A stretch of 64,000 bases of DNA from Balanoglossus misakiensis. Taxonomy: Eukaryota > Animalia > Hemichordata. The stretch lies in NCBI GenBank assembly GCA_040954595.2, contig CM082576.2:3136760-3200759 (forward strand), read 5' to 3'. Made by a program: the position numbers and the translations under genes. The notes beneath the pieces are model-generated. The model was not told where the DNA came from and made no database searches. It saw nothing but the letters and a program-made list of their open reading frames with translations. This document shows positions 18,053 to 56,800 of this stretch, piece by piece (the stretch's first letter is position 1; every line of letters begins with the position of its first letter).

Positions 18053-19113
18053 TCATGAATCCTTTTCTTTGTCCTTCTCTATTTTTTTACTGAGATCGTT
18101 CATACCCTCTCTCAGTTCTTTGGCAAATGTCCGTGAGAAAGTGGCCATTTTGTCTTCATCGTCTGGTGGAATTTCTTCCATCTTCCTCAATATTTCTGAG
18201 TCCTTGATCTTGTCAACACCTTTCTGTAAACCATCTTCCCCTGTTGAGTGAAGTACAAGAACTGTTCAGAATGTGGAGACATCGTTTTCTCGCTACCCCT
18301 CCTTAAAATTAAATTATGGAAGTTTACTGTTATGTCCACCATGTACAGGGTGTGTATTCTGCTGTGATAACTCATCATTAAACATGTTTCAATGGGCAGA
18401 ACAACATCTGCTTTGTTCATCCAAGTGGAAACACAGGGATATGAATATGATGAAATGCAATGACTGTTGCATGTTTCTGGTGATCTCTGACAGTGAAGAC
18501 CTAAAATTTTCACAGGGTATCTTTGACCAAGATGAGTATCATATCATGTGCACAATACTCACCAATTTCTTTCGCTTTAAAGTAGGAGTACGCTGTAAGT
18601 TGTGCCAGTCTTCTGATGACCCAGGTCTCTGAAAGCTGGAAATCAACAAAAATGCACTGAGCTAGATTGAGAGTTCAACTTACAGTACTCAGAGAATTAG
18701 AAAATCAATAATTTGGAAATACCCGTATCGTTTATTTTAAAACAATGACACGACTTACCCTGTCCACTATTTCAGGATTACTGGCTAGATACCTACAGGA
18801 TATGAAATTTAGATTTGAAACTGTCATTGACGTGAGTGGACTGGACTATTACAATATTCTGCATACACTGCAAGTGTCAACAAAATATCACCCTCAACAC
18901 TTCTGTTTTTATGTTTCATTGTGCGTGAATTCGACAGGGGCCTTGGGTGAGACGGAATCGAGTCAGTTGTGTAACTTGCACAACTGTCAACAGTGTACAT
19001 AACATGACGCAGACGACGAAACTGATTACACGTAGACCACATATTACGGATTTTCAAGGCTTCGGTATATTTTTGCCAGATGTAACTCACCTTAAAATCA
19101 TACGAACAACCAT
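18053..19113 (-). CDS. NCBP2AS2: Protein NCBP2AS2 homolog (small conserved protein, 105 aa), 4 coding exons
   Basis: Exons 19091-19113, 18759-18792, 18563-18635, 18053-18240, all GT-AG with consistent phases (318 nt including stop). Translation MVVRMILRYLASNPEIVDRLSETWVIRRLAQLTAYSYFKAKEIGEDGLQKGVDKIKDSEILRKMEEIPPDDEDKMATFSRTFAKELREGMNDLSKKIEKDKEKDS* matches the recalled family signature MV.R.L....N.P.LV.RLSES.PIRRAAQLTA and the C-terminal F...F..ELR.G. Confidence 0.88.
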
Positions 19114-19211
19114 ATTATTCACTTATTTTCATTACTTATTTGACATTCGAGTCGCAGTCGCCAGTCGATGGACAGATGGATGAAATCCAGGAAGGAAAGT
19201 TCAGGTAGTGG

Positions 19212-19247
19212 AGGTCACAGGTCAGCCGCTGACCTGACCCATGACCC
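19212..19247. promoter_or_regulatory. Cluster of nuclear-receptor half-sites (DR1 + inverted + DR1) about 100 bp upstream of the NCBP2AS2 ATG
   Basis: AGGTCA-c-AGGTCA-gccgc-TGACCT/TGACCC-a-TGACCC read directly from the sequence. Confidence 0.35.
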
Positions 19248-22200
19248 AGGAAGTTATTCTCGTTGAAGAAGTCGCTCTCGTACGTCCGTGGTTTGAACCA
19301 GTTCATCAGTTCTGTTATTTATATCAACGCTTCAAACTGACTCGCGTGTTAAAACTAGAATTTTATTTTTGTCTTTCAATTAATGTCTCGTTGCAGAAAG
19401 GCACGCCACGGATCATGTTTATCACAGTTCATAAACAAGAGAGTAAACGAAAGCAACCTGTGGCGGCGGTATAATTTACGCGTGGAACAACAATACACAG
19501 TTCACTGTATAAATGTATCTGCGAATATTTTTACCATAAAGATGGCCATATTTTCCAAAACCTTACTTTTAAAGCAATTTTTGTACTGCTGATGAAAATC
19601 ATTTATTTTGCGCCAAGGAAATCAAGCCGAATTCGTTTTTGCACACCTGTGCCGAATACATACACTTCTTCAGTTTGTCAATTTTTTTAAAGACCCAACC
19701 ACCCAAACGCATCCAGTGACTGTGTGAAATAAACATCATCACATGCATTTGTTGTGGGAGGTATCGAAACACTGTGGCACGTCCAGGTTTTATTCAAAAC
19801 ATTTTATTATAGCAGAGCACAATATTTTGTACAGGACTCACACATATACACTTTTTTGTATTTAAGACTAAAAGAGTTGAACATGTCTGCAGAATAAAAC
19901 TCTTAGACTGCACCACTACACTGTACACTGTAAGGAAAAAATAATGTTAAAAACAAATGTAACTGGCTAAGGACACAGCATTGCACATGGGTTTCGGGGG
20001 GATAAACATGATCATAAACTGGATCAAAAGTTTAGTACTCTACACTAACTTGAATTTTTTTTTCTGAAAGTTTGTAAGTATGTACAAACATAACACTGTG
20101 CTCACATATAGTACTTTTGAGCTTCCTCTCTCAAACTTTAAAATATTTTTGTAACAGATCTCCAACATGTGACTAATGTGACTTGGATATAATATGTATA
20201 TATAGATTATATACAGGGGGAGTTGCTAAATGCTGACCAATCACAAAAAAGCATGGTCGCTCTTGGTTACCACTGGTGTGAATATGCAAATTGTCTTCCA
20301 AATATATTGACAAGTTATTTGATCAAATCTTGTGAGGTGACGTCAGTATGCAAAACAGTTGTCCAAAGATGATTACAAACTTTCGGCTTTTGTTTGTGTA
20401 CTTTATTAGTTTGCGCGACCAACTACACTTCCGGCTGAAACAGTCACGTGTCAGAGACCTTGTTACACAACTCTTTTAACTCTCAGAAAATGTTACAGAC
20501 AAACGGACAAGAATGAAACAGGAAATAAAATTCAATTGACACCAAGGAATTTCTCTACTGAGAATTTTGCAACTTCTCTCTTGAACATTTACAGGTTTTT
20601 TTGTTCACTAATGTTTCTAGCGAAGTGTTACCTCGTGAAAATGACAGATTCCATGCACACCCTTGATTTTCTCTTAATGTTTAAGTTTGATGCTCCACAA
20701 AGAGGGACACATGACAAAGCACTGTATTTCAGAAACAATCAATTAAGTTGATATGCCTTATAATAATTTTTTGCAGGGCTCATTTATTTTTTTTAAATTC
20801 GTAATCTCTGACATATTCCTACATACGTAATTATTTATTGGAGACAAAAAAGGACAAAACTTGATCTATATCTACAACTGAACATGATTGGCAATTTGCC
20901 AGAAGGGTGCACAGGTTCATCTGGCTGTACCATCCAATGTCATGGTCAAAGGTCAAAGGTTGAATGTCATCATTACAACTACAGTTTTTGTGCAAGGGAA
21001 GAAATACCCTCATAAATAACAGTATTGAATATCAGTATGGAAATTAACCATTGATATATGCAATAAATACAATATATTTACCTTTTTTTTCGCCTAAAGT
21101 ATCTAGTTAGAAAGGATATTTTTGAACTTTTTATTGTATTTTTTTCATAAATAAAAAAATAGTCTGAGATTCGGTATGACCTAAATCCAGAACATGCAAA
21201 ACTGAATGCACAACAAACAAACCCTAAAATCTCAAGGTAACAGAAGTCCAGAATTTAGTTTACCCGCGACCCCTCCCCTCAACCATACCCCTTCCCAAAT
21301 TACCCACCCACTCATCCCTCTCAAAGGCTTTCATTCACAAAGTACCATAAACTATTATCCACATATCTGCTGAAACATTTTCTTTGAATCTACTAGGAAC
21401 CTACAGCATGAGCAAGTGTACAGCTTGTATAAATTTTTTGGTAGACTGCCCTAGCTTCGGGCGACTTTAATCACGACAAACTTGCTAGTTACTGTTGTGC
21501 CTTTTGACAAAAAACTCAACACTGACAGACCGTCAAGATCAAGAAGTCTAATTCAGAAGACAAAAAAAAAATAAGTCAATCTGTGTTGAGAAGTTTTAAT
21601 GTACTTTTTTTTTGCTCTCATTGGTAGTCACTGAAGGAAGCAAATATAAAGTATGTGTTATTTGTTCGAAGAGAGGTCTATATAAATGGCTAAAAAAATG
21701 AGTTGCAAATTGTTTTCAGTGTGCTATACATACTTGAAAGTCAATGGCAAGAATTACATTTTATTCTTAACTTTTCTTGAATGCCCTTTTTTTCGTTTGC
21801 CAATAAAACTGTACGGGTTAACAAAATGAATCACTGTTTACAAAGTTCATTGGTGTCACACTCAAAGTGTAGAGTTGTGTTGCTCCTTCAAGAAAATAAA
21901 AAAACGTACAATTGTTGGCCAAATGCAAAACTGCTTTTTCGAGGGAACAGATTATAATGCTTCGAAGATGGCCTACATTACTTAGAAGACGTTGGTGAAC
22001 ATGACTTTTGTCATTTTGGTTCCTAGGCAGCTGGGAAGAGGGGGGGGGGGGGTGTTTACTGAAATATGTCCACCTTGATGGAAATGCCTTTTGCCTCCAG
22101 ACAGGTCACTCATTACATGTACCTCCTTTGTAATAGCAATTCTGTTGGTAGGGTGGCATTGACAATCAACAAGGTTCAGTAAAATCCCAATCTGGCAGTG

Positions 22201-23254
22201 CTCTGGCTTTAAGCTGCTATGGCAACACATACATTCCAAAAAAATCAACAGTGGGCCTCAAGTCTATTCTCAACAACTTACAAAGCATACGGTAGTCTTT
22301 GAAGAGTTCTCTCATGTCATGCAATGGTAATTTGAGTGACCAGGTGATACTGATGAACATAGTGACCAACAGTCTTACATGAAGGCGAACACATGCTTTT
22401 AAAACCATCGATTAAGATCACATTGTCATAATTAATGAGTAGACCTAACAAGTTCTGGCCTCACCATATAATCCAGTTTGGACATTTCCTGCCTCTGCAT
22501 TAACATATTTTCTGAATTTTCATTCAAAATTTCAGCCTCTTTTTTTTATAGAAAAATGGAAGTGGAATAATATCATCTGGCAAGGTTTTGTTTGTATGGA
22601 GTTCAAATTCAATGTTAAAGGTCACATGGCTCTACGATATGCCAGGGAAGAGGTGCAACAAAAATACAAGAGAAAGATTTGTAAAAAAAAAAAAGTCATG
22701 GTGGGGCTCTCAGAATTATCCAATAGCAGATGACGAGTTCATTAATTATCATTAGTCATCAATTTTCCACGCTCGCCACTGAATCTTACCAAATCACAGA
22801 ACCAAGATTTGTCCATTGGTAGAAATAACGTCAAAGATCAATGGAAGTGTTTCAGAAAATACACAAGGCTTACAAAAATGCCAGCTTTCTAACTCAAAGC
22901 TGTCCCCTTTCACAGGTTAGAAGGCATTCACTTAATGTATTCATCGTGGGTGATTGGTGCGAGTTCAAAGGTCGAAAATGAAAATGAATTTATGTAAATG
23001 GGGATGGCAAGGCATTGATAAAAATTGTGGAAGTTCTTCAAAATTCAGTGAAACCATCTAAATATTCAAGACGTTGTTGCCATGTCTGATGACCAATTTA
23101 TCAAGCAGAAACATCAACATGGTGAAAAAATTTGCATCCTGAAAAAAACAGTTTTAATATTGTTTTTCATAATTTTGACGAAAACATGACGAAATCAAAA
23201 TGTTTATTTGTTTTTCTTCTTCAAATTTTGTTTCAAAGAATGTGGCTGTAATTG

Positions 23255-23470
23255 TTACTTTAACCAAAGGGACATCTGTGATTGGTTACTTCAATCCATA
23301 GATGCCTCAAATACTTTAACCCAGGAATGTCTATGATTGGTTACTTTAACCCAAGGGATGTCTTCAATTTGCCACTTTAAACCTCTCTCTGATTGGCTAC
23401 TGTAACCCAAGGACATCTCAGATTGGTCACTTTAACCCAGGGATGTCTCTGATCATGTCCTCAGATTGGT
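23255..23470. repeat. Degenerate ~30-bp minisatellite (consensus ~TTACTTTAACCCAAGGGACATCTCTGATTGG), about 7 copies
   Basis: Recurring acttta(a)cccaagg(g)a(c/t)(a/g)tct and gattgg blocks at ~30-nt spacing. Confidence 0.8.
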
Positions 23471-25974
23471 CTGCATTGTGCGACAGATTTCATCTTCCTG
23501 TACAACTCATGAGGATTTTTTGAAAGGAAATGTCAAGTTACACACAACAGACATTAAAACTGATAAGTTCATTGAAATACAAGGCACAAAATAATTTAAA
23601 ATTGAGAAAAATTCTGTGCGTGCCTGTGCAATGGGATTGTGGCAGTTAAAATGATGTCTTCTGATCTAAGTAAAAATTTCACAGTGGCAGTTTTGTTAGT
23701 TTTAGGGGGGGGGGGGAAACTGAAAAAGAGGCCTTAGCAGAAACGTAAATGGATATCTATCAAAATGTACATTTTTCACGGAAAATAAACTGCATTTGCC
23801 ATTTCTTTTCTGTCTTCAAACCAGTCAACAGTTTTTACCAGTCACAGGTCAGCAAAATATACCAGTTCCATAAACTGACTTCTCCCCCCGATCTGCTAAT
23901 ATAACTGAACTTTAAAATTCTGTGCGATTTCCAAGTTAATATTTTCATCTATAAATCTTGAATTTTGACAGAAAATTTAACAAAAATTGCGTTAGCAGAC
24001 ATATTTAAAAAGCTAAAAACTGTGTTACAACGAAAAAGTTGCCATGGTAAATTTCCTTTTTTTTGCAGCATTTTTCCCCCAGCTTTACAAATCAATTAAT
24101 GCACAATCACAAAATGTAATGCAACAAAAACTTAACTTTTTCTTGTTTCTCTTATAATCTTTGGTTAACACTACCATCAAACAGGTATCAATCTTTGGAC
24201 ATAGGTATATAGCACTGCCTTTTGTGACCATATTATTTGAAATTTTCCTCTCTTTTTTTTAGGTTTTTAGTTTTCAATTTTTCTCATCTACAATACAGCG
24301 ATAACAACTTCCATACGTCTCACATATTCCTGAGTAAATAGGAAAAAAATCTAATTTCAAGAAAATGTGCATGAAATTATTCAGGAAAACCTCTTGACCT
24401 ACTTTGACCACATTCACAAATTTACAGGTAAGATATATTTATTTATATTTATATACTGTCACTAAAAACTTGACTGCACAGTTGTCTCATTTTGTTTAAT
24501 TTCTTTGATTCTCGACATTCGTTCACTTACAAGAAAAAAAGATTTTATAAGAAAAAAAGATTTGATAACTTTTTTGAAGAATGGGCACTTAAGATGTACT
24601 TTATAACCAACACCCCCTTCTCAAAATGGCCCCTGGCAGGGATTGGCCGATTCAAGAGGCAAGCAAAACTCCTCTGATTGTTAAGGTGATGGTTGGCAAT
24701 GTTTGAAAAAACTCGCCCTGTTACTTGAAGTGTATGCATGTGTGTGTGTGTGTGTCTGAGGGATGAAAATTAGTCAACAACAAACAATGGCATCCTATTA
24801 AACACAAGCGAGTGAAATTCCATCCGAATTTATAGGTGACAAACATTTGGAGATGGTGGAGACAAGAAAAACAAACAAACAAATTAAAGGTGGCTTGCTT
24901 GTGCAGTGAAGTCATCCCTCCCTAAATTCTGCGGCAGACTCGTGATTTACGAAAACAAGTGGAAAAAAACTACCACACCACAGGTCAAGGTGAAAAATTC
25001 TTGTTTGAATCTGACATCAACAGCTGACAAATGTTGACAGTGTCACTTCCATGTGTTGAACTGATCCGTGCGATTGACAACAGAAACAATACGAGTCTGT
25101 GCATTGTAAGGGGGGGGGGGGGGAGAGTTTCTGATTTGAAATACTAGACAATGTCTCAGGTCAAGTTCACGCACGAATAACGCTCAAGCTGAATACAAGC
25201 TATCTTGGGTAGGAACCATTACTCTGAGTCAAAAACTCAGGGAAAAAAATTCCATTCCTTCACTTCACAAGATCAAACTGTCCATAAGTCATCACTTGGC
25301 AGACAAGATAAACTCACTTGGCCATCCAAATATGACAATGGAAGATTTGAAATATACAGTAGAATTCTCCTTGCGTTTGATAGCCTAGACAAGTCTCTAT
25401 TGCAATGGAAGTTTTATGGTGGGCTTTTCTACAATGACACGTAATTCTGGTGAGCAAAATGCAAACAGAAAGTCTTGACAAGAACTAAAAGCAAGACATC
25501 TACATTTGTAACATTTGATTTGTTCATGGTGATGTAACAAGAACTGGACGCCATTTCATTTGCGTGGCAAAGGGTGCTATGCTACATCAAGTGACGGATT
25601 CAAAAGCTACATTAGAAAAATGTTTTTTTTTCTTCACTAAGAGTAAATGTAAGACAGCGACTGTTTTTCGTCTGCAAGCCAATCTACTGAACATGACACT
25701 GACCCCCAGTGGAACTCTGTCCTGAGGGGGCATAAGCGAGATGAGAATGATTAATATAAGAAATGACACATGAGAATCTCAAACAGAGGTTTGGCTCTCA
25801 ATCTGATGGAACTTGACCTGGTTTCTCCCTTTTTTCACCCCGTTCGTTTTGTAATAATACAAGTGCTAGGAGTACTGGTAGTGCGATGAAATCAAGAGCT
25901 GTTTTTTTTTTACTTCGACCACGACGCCCAGGTGGTAAACTGTGTTGGCAAACTCTGCATCATAACTGCCGCTG

Positions 25975-53424
<27,450 letters not shown>

Positions 53425-53879
53425 GTTCTTGCGTATTCGAAGTACATACGATGCACACAAATATATTAACACCTTCTAAAGGATCCGGGAAGCGGTTATC
53501 ACACAATACAACGGGCGATCGGCACCGCAAAGAAGGGGCAAATTGCCCTTAAAGGATCCACAGCGAACCCCTGTTCGACACAACCAGACTTCGAGTAGGC
53601 AATTTGTGCGAAAAGTTGTCTCCCAATGTACACTGCAGCTTCCGGAACCTCGTACTCAAAATTCAACATACGAATCACTTTATTTTTTAATATGTCTCGG
53701 ATCACTGCTCAATTTAATGTCACATAATTGTTCAAATTTATATATATTTAATTGAAACATATTATCTTTATATTCACGTTTTCTTAAAGTTGCAATTATC
53801 TCATACAAATATAACCTCCTCGTACGAAACTTACTGGAGTATAGATTTCATCAAAATAAAAACCACCACACATTTAAAC
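53425..53879. promoter_or_regulatory. Probable bidirectional promoter shared by PKC (minus) and ISCA2 (plus)
   Basis: Only 455 bp between the divergent ATGs. The region lies in a locally CpG-rich segment (~52300-54000) flanked by CpG-poor gene bodies, with ETS-like CCGGAA/TTCCGG at ~53640. Confidence 0.65.
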
Positions 53880-56800
53880 ATGGCTGCTAGCAGTGCGGGT
53901 TGGTGGAAAAACGTCGTAAGAATCGGCCGGGCATATAGTTTTCAGTCTTACGGGTGAGTATTTGAAATGATGGTCATTATGACGTCGTTTGCATGTGCAT
54001 TGTCGGCCATCATTTGTTTTTATGTAGTACAGTTGTGACGTAAACAAATGAGTGTGACAGTAATGTTGATGTACATGTACATTTAAATGTTGCATAACCA
54101 TAAGATCATCCCCATCCACACACATACACATACACGAAGTATGCGGTTGACTGTACACACACACACACACTGTCTAAACCGAACACCACAGGGCCTGAAG
54201 AAACTTCGGTTTGTAGAGGTGTCCGGTTTATAGAAGTTATTTAACATGTGCTTTATGTCAGGGATTGAAAAAGGTGTTCGGTATAGACAGGTTTCCAGAT
54301 TAGACAAGTGTCAGTTTAGACAGGTATTACTGTATATTATGCCTGGGGTTCTATGTCTGTAGTAAATTGCTCAATATCGCATGGATTGAGCATGTGTTGA
54401 GGGGTTGTAAGCATTTTGTCAGTTAATGTAAATTTGAAACATGCAGTATATTATTTTACAAAATACAAGCCGTTTGTATTTTCTAAAAACATGACATTTG
54501 AAGAGTTTTCTCAAGAAAAAATCTTGTTATATTCTCTTATAAATGCACAAGTTGGAACGATGGCGTGAAAATACATCACAGATTGTAGATGTAAAAGTTT
54601 GACATTCAAATTGTGTGTAATATATTATGTTGGAGCTTCTTCTTAGTTAAATAAAACAACAAATCTTGCGATACCAACAATATTGTTTGTGCACCTACTC
54701 ATTCAAACCCTTATGATGAATGGACCTCTCCGTTGAAGAGCCACTGAAAATGTACCTTTTTTGTCTGTTTTAACGTATAGTGTCCACAAGCTGTTATGTG
54801 TAGTAGTCAGTGAAAGCAACGTGCAATGTTATGTGCTGTGAGCAGTGGTCACGTTTTTGAGGTTACCCCGACCTTTCTCTGTGATACACAATTTTCAAGG
54901 TTACTCTGACCTTTGCTGTTGTTTTTTATTGCTTTTAACAGAAGTTATTTGAATTGCTGTGACAGATGTTTTATTTCATGTGGCTTATTATATTTTGTTG
55001 TTTTGTGCCTTGCCTTTGAGAAGAGCTCTAGTGATTTTCGTCTATTTGCAAGCAGCGTACCCTCTATTACTTCTATAAATTGGCAACAGGTGCAGTTTGC
55101 AGATTGATTCATAAGGTGCTCTTTTCCAAATTGCGGCCGAGCATGTGTCTAATATATCTGGAGCCTGATTTAGTTTAATAATAACATGTTTAATTGTTAG
55201 TAAGGGCAATATCAGAACATGATTTTTAGCTTGCACGAGGGATGGTGATCTCTGATCATAATATTGATGTAAATTATTACACCGAACATTTGATACAGAA
55301 GTGCTAAGAAAAAAATTAAAACTGTTTTTTTGTGTGTGTGTGTGTGCATATTCTCTTTTTGCAATCTTTTTGCAAATCATGTGCCAAGCTTAGCCAGTCT
55401 TTCTGACCAGTGGTAGGCTATTATCTGCATTAGTGAGAGCACAGAATAATTTGGGCAAATTATAGTTGCGGAAAAGTGTCATTTGAAGGGTACTGATGCG
55501 TGAATATGACTGTGTGAAAAGAATAACTATTCTGACCACCACCCTTGTCAATGTCTGATTTCTGGGTAGTTTAGAATCATGAGATAGAAGTATTTTCCCC
55601 GCATTGTAATTAAAGAAATCTACATGTAAATTTGCATTGAAATGTAATATGTTACTCGTCTTGCCAGGTTAATGAAATATTGATTATTAATTATATTAAG
55701 TGGTTTTGGTAGCATTGCTTTCAAGTCGCATGCATTCACAAGTGATTGATATATTCTCTGGTATTCTGGAATTTATTTGTTATTGCAAATTATCATAAAA
55801 TTTATTAGATTTATTAAGTGTCCAAAATTCTGCACAAAGGTGAATAATAATTGGATTTTATTAGAACGGAAGGTTTTGGAAAGACCGATGTACTCTTTAA
55901 AAATAACTTGCGATAGAAATAACTTAACAAGAAAACGAAGTCATGTTCTGACGTTTGTACATATACTCCCTTTTCATATTACCGGCACCAAAGCAAAAAA
56001 CACAACGTTATTGCTGAATCTTACTTATTTTCAACAAAATCTATAGAGAATTGAAAGGCACTAGACAACCCTTCTAGTTATAAATATTGAGGGGGAAAAA
56101 TTAATGGAAAACATGTAAAAATAGGAGTTGATGAGGAACTGTCACTGTGCAATAGAATTTATTGGATTATAAATAAACCAATGAATCAGTAATTTTTTTG
56201 CGAGATCCTCCAAAAACTTGACAAATGTATAGAATATACTTACGTGTGCAAGGAAGCAAATGATTCACTCAGAATTTACATTTATTCTTGGCTGTGCTGT
56301 TATTTCAAACAACCCTGGACTAATTAATTATGTTTGAATTTAGCACTGAAATGAAACAAAAATTCATATACACCTCTATGGTACTTTTCAAATTTTCATT
56401 CAAATAAATTGGGAAAAGTGATAATTCATGTAATCATAATGCAGGGACCAGACATTGCAGTGAGTGTAATCCCCATCTATCATGCAAGATGTAAAATCAA
56501 CTCCTGGTCGATCGCTGTAACTAGCCGCTACAATGACATCATTGCTGTGTCTTGATTTCACACATGCATTGCCCACATGGGAGATCTGGATTATTGCTGC
56601 GAAGAAAACATACATCATTCTCCGTGACTGAAGGTAAAACACAGGTGAACTTTTTGCTGGCCGGCCACTGAACTCGCCTCTGCAATGAGATCCCCCCCCC
56701 CCCCCACACCTACCTGAGTATACATGTATGGCTGTAATACTTATTAACAGCAAAATGAAAATCTCAATTATTCGTGACATTTAGATGCTAAAGACTGTAG

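Noticed and set aside
23255-23470. CRISPR-like periodicity
   Set aside because: Eukaryotic context; units are contiguous and degenerate with no unique spacers and no cas genes.
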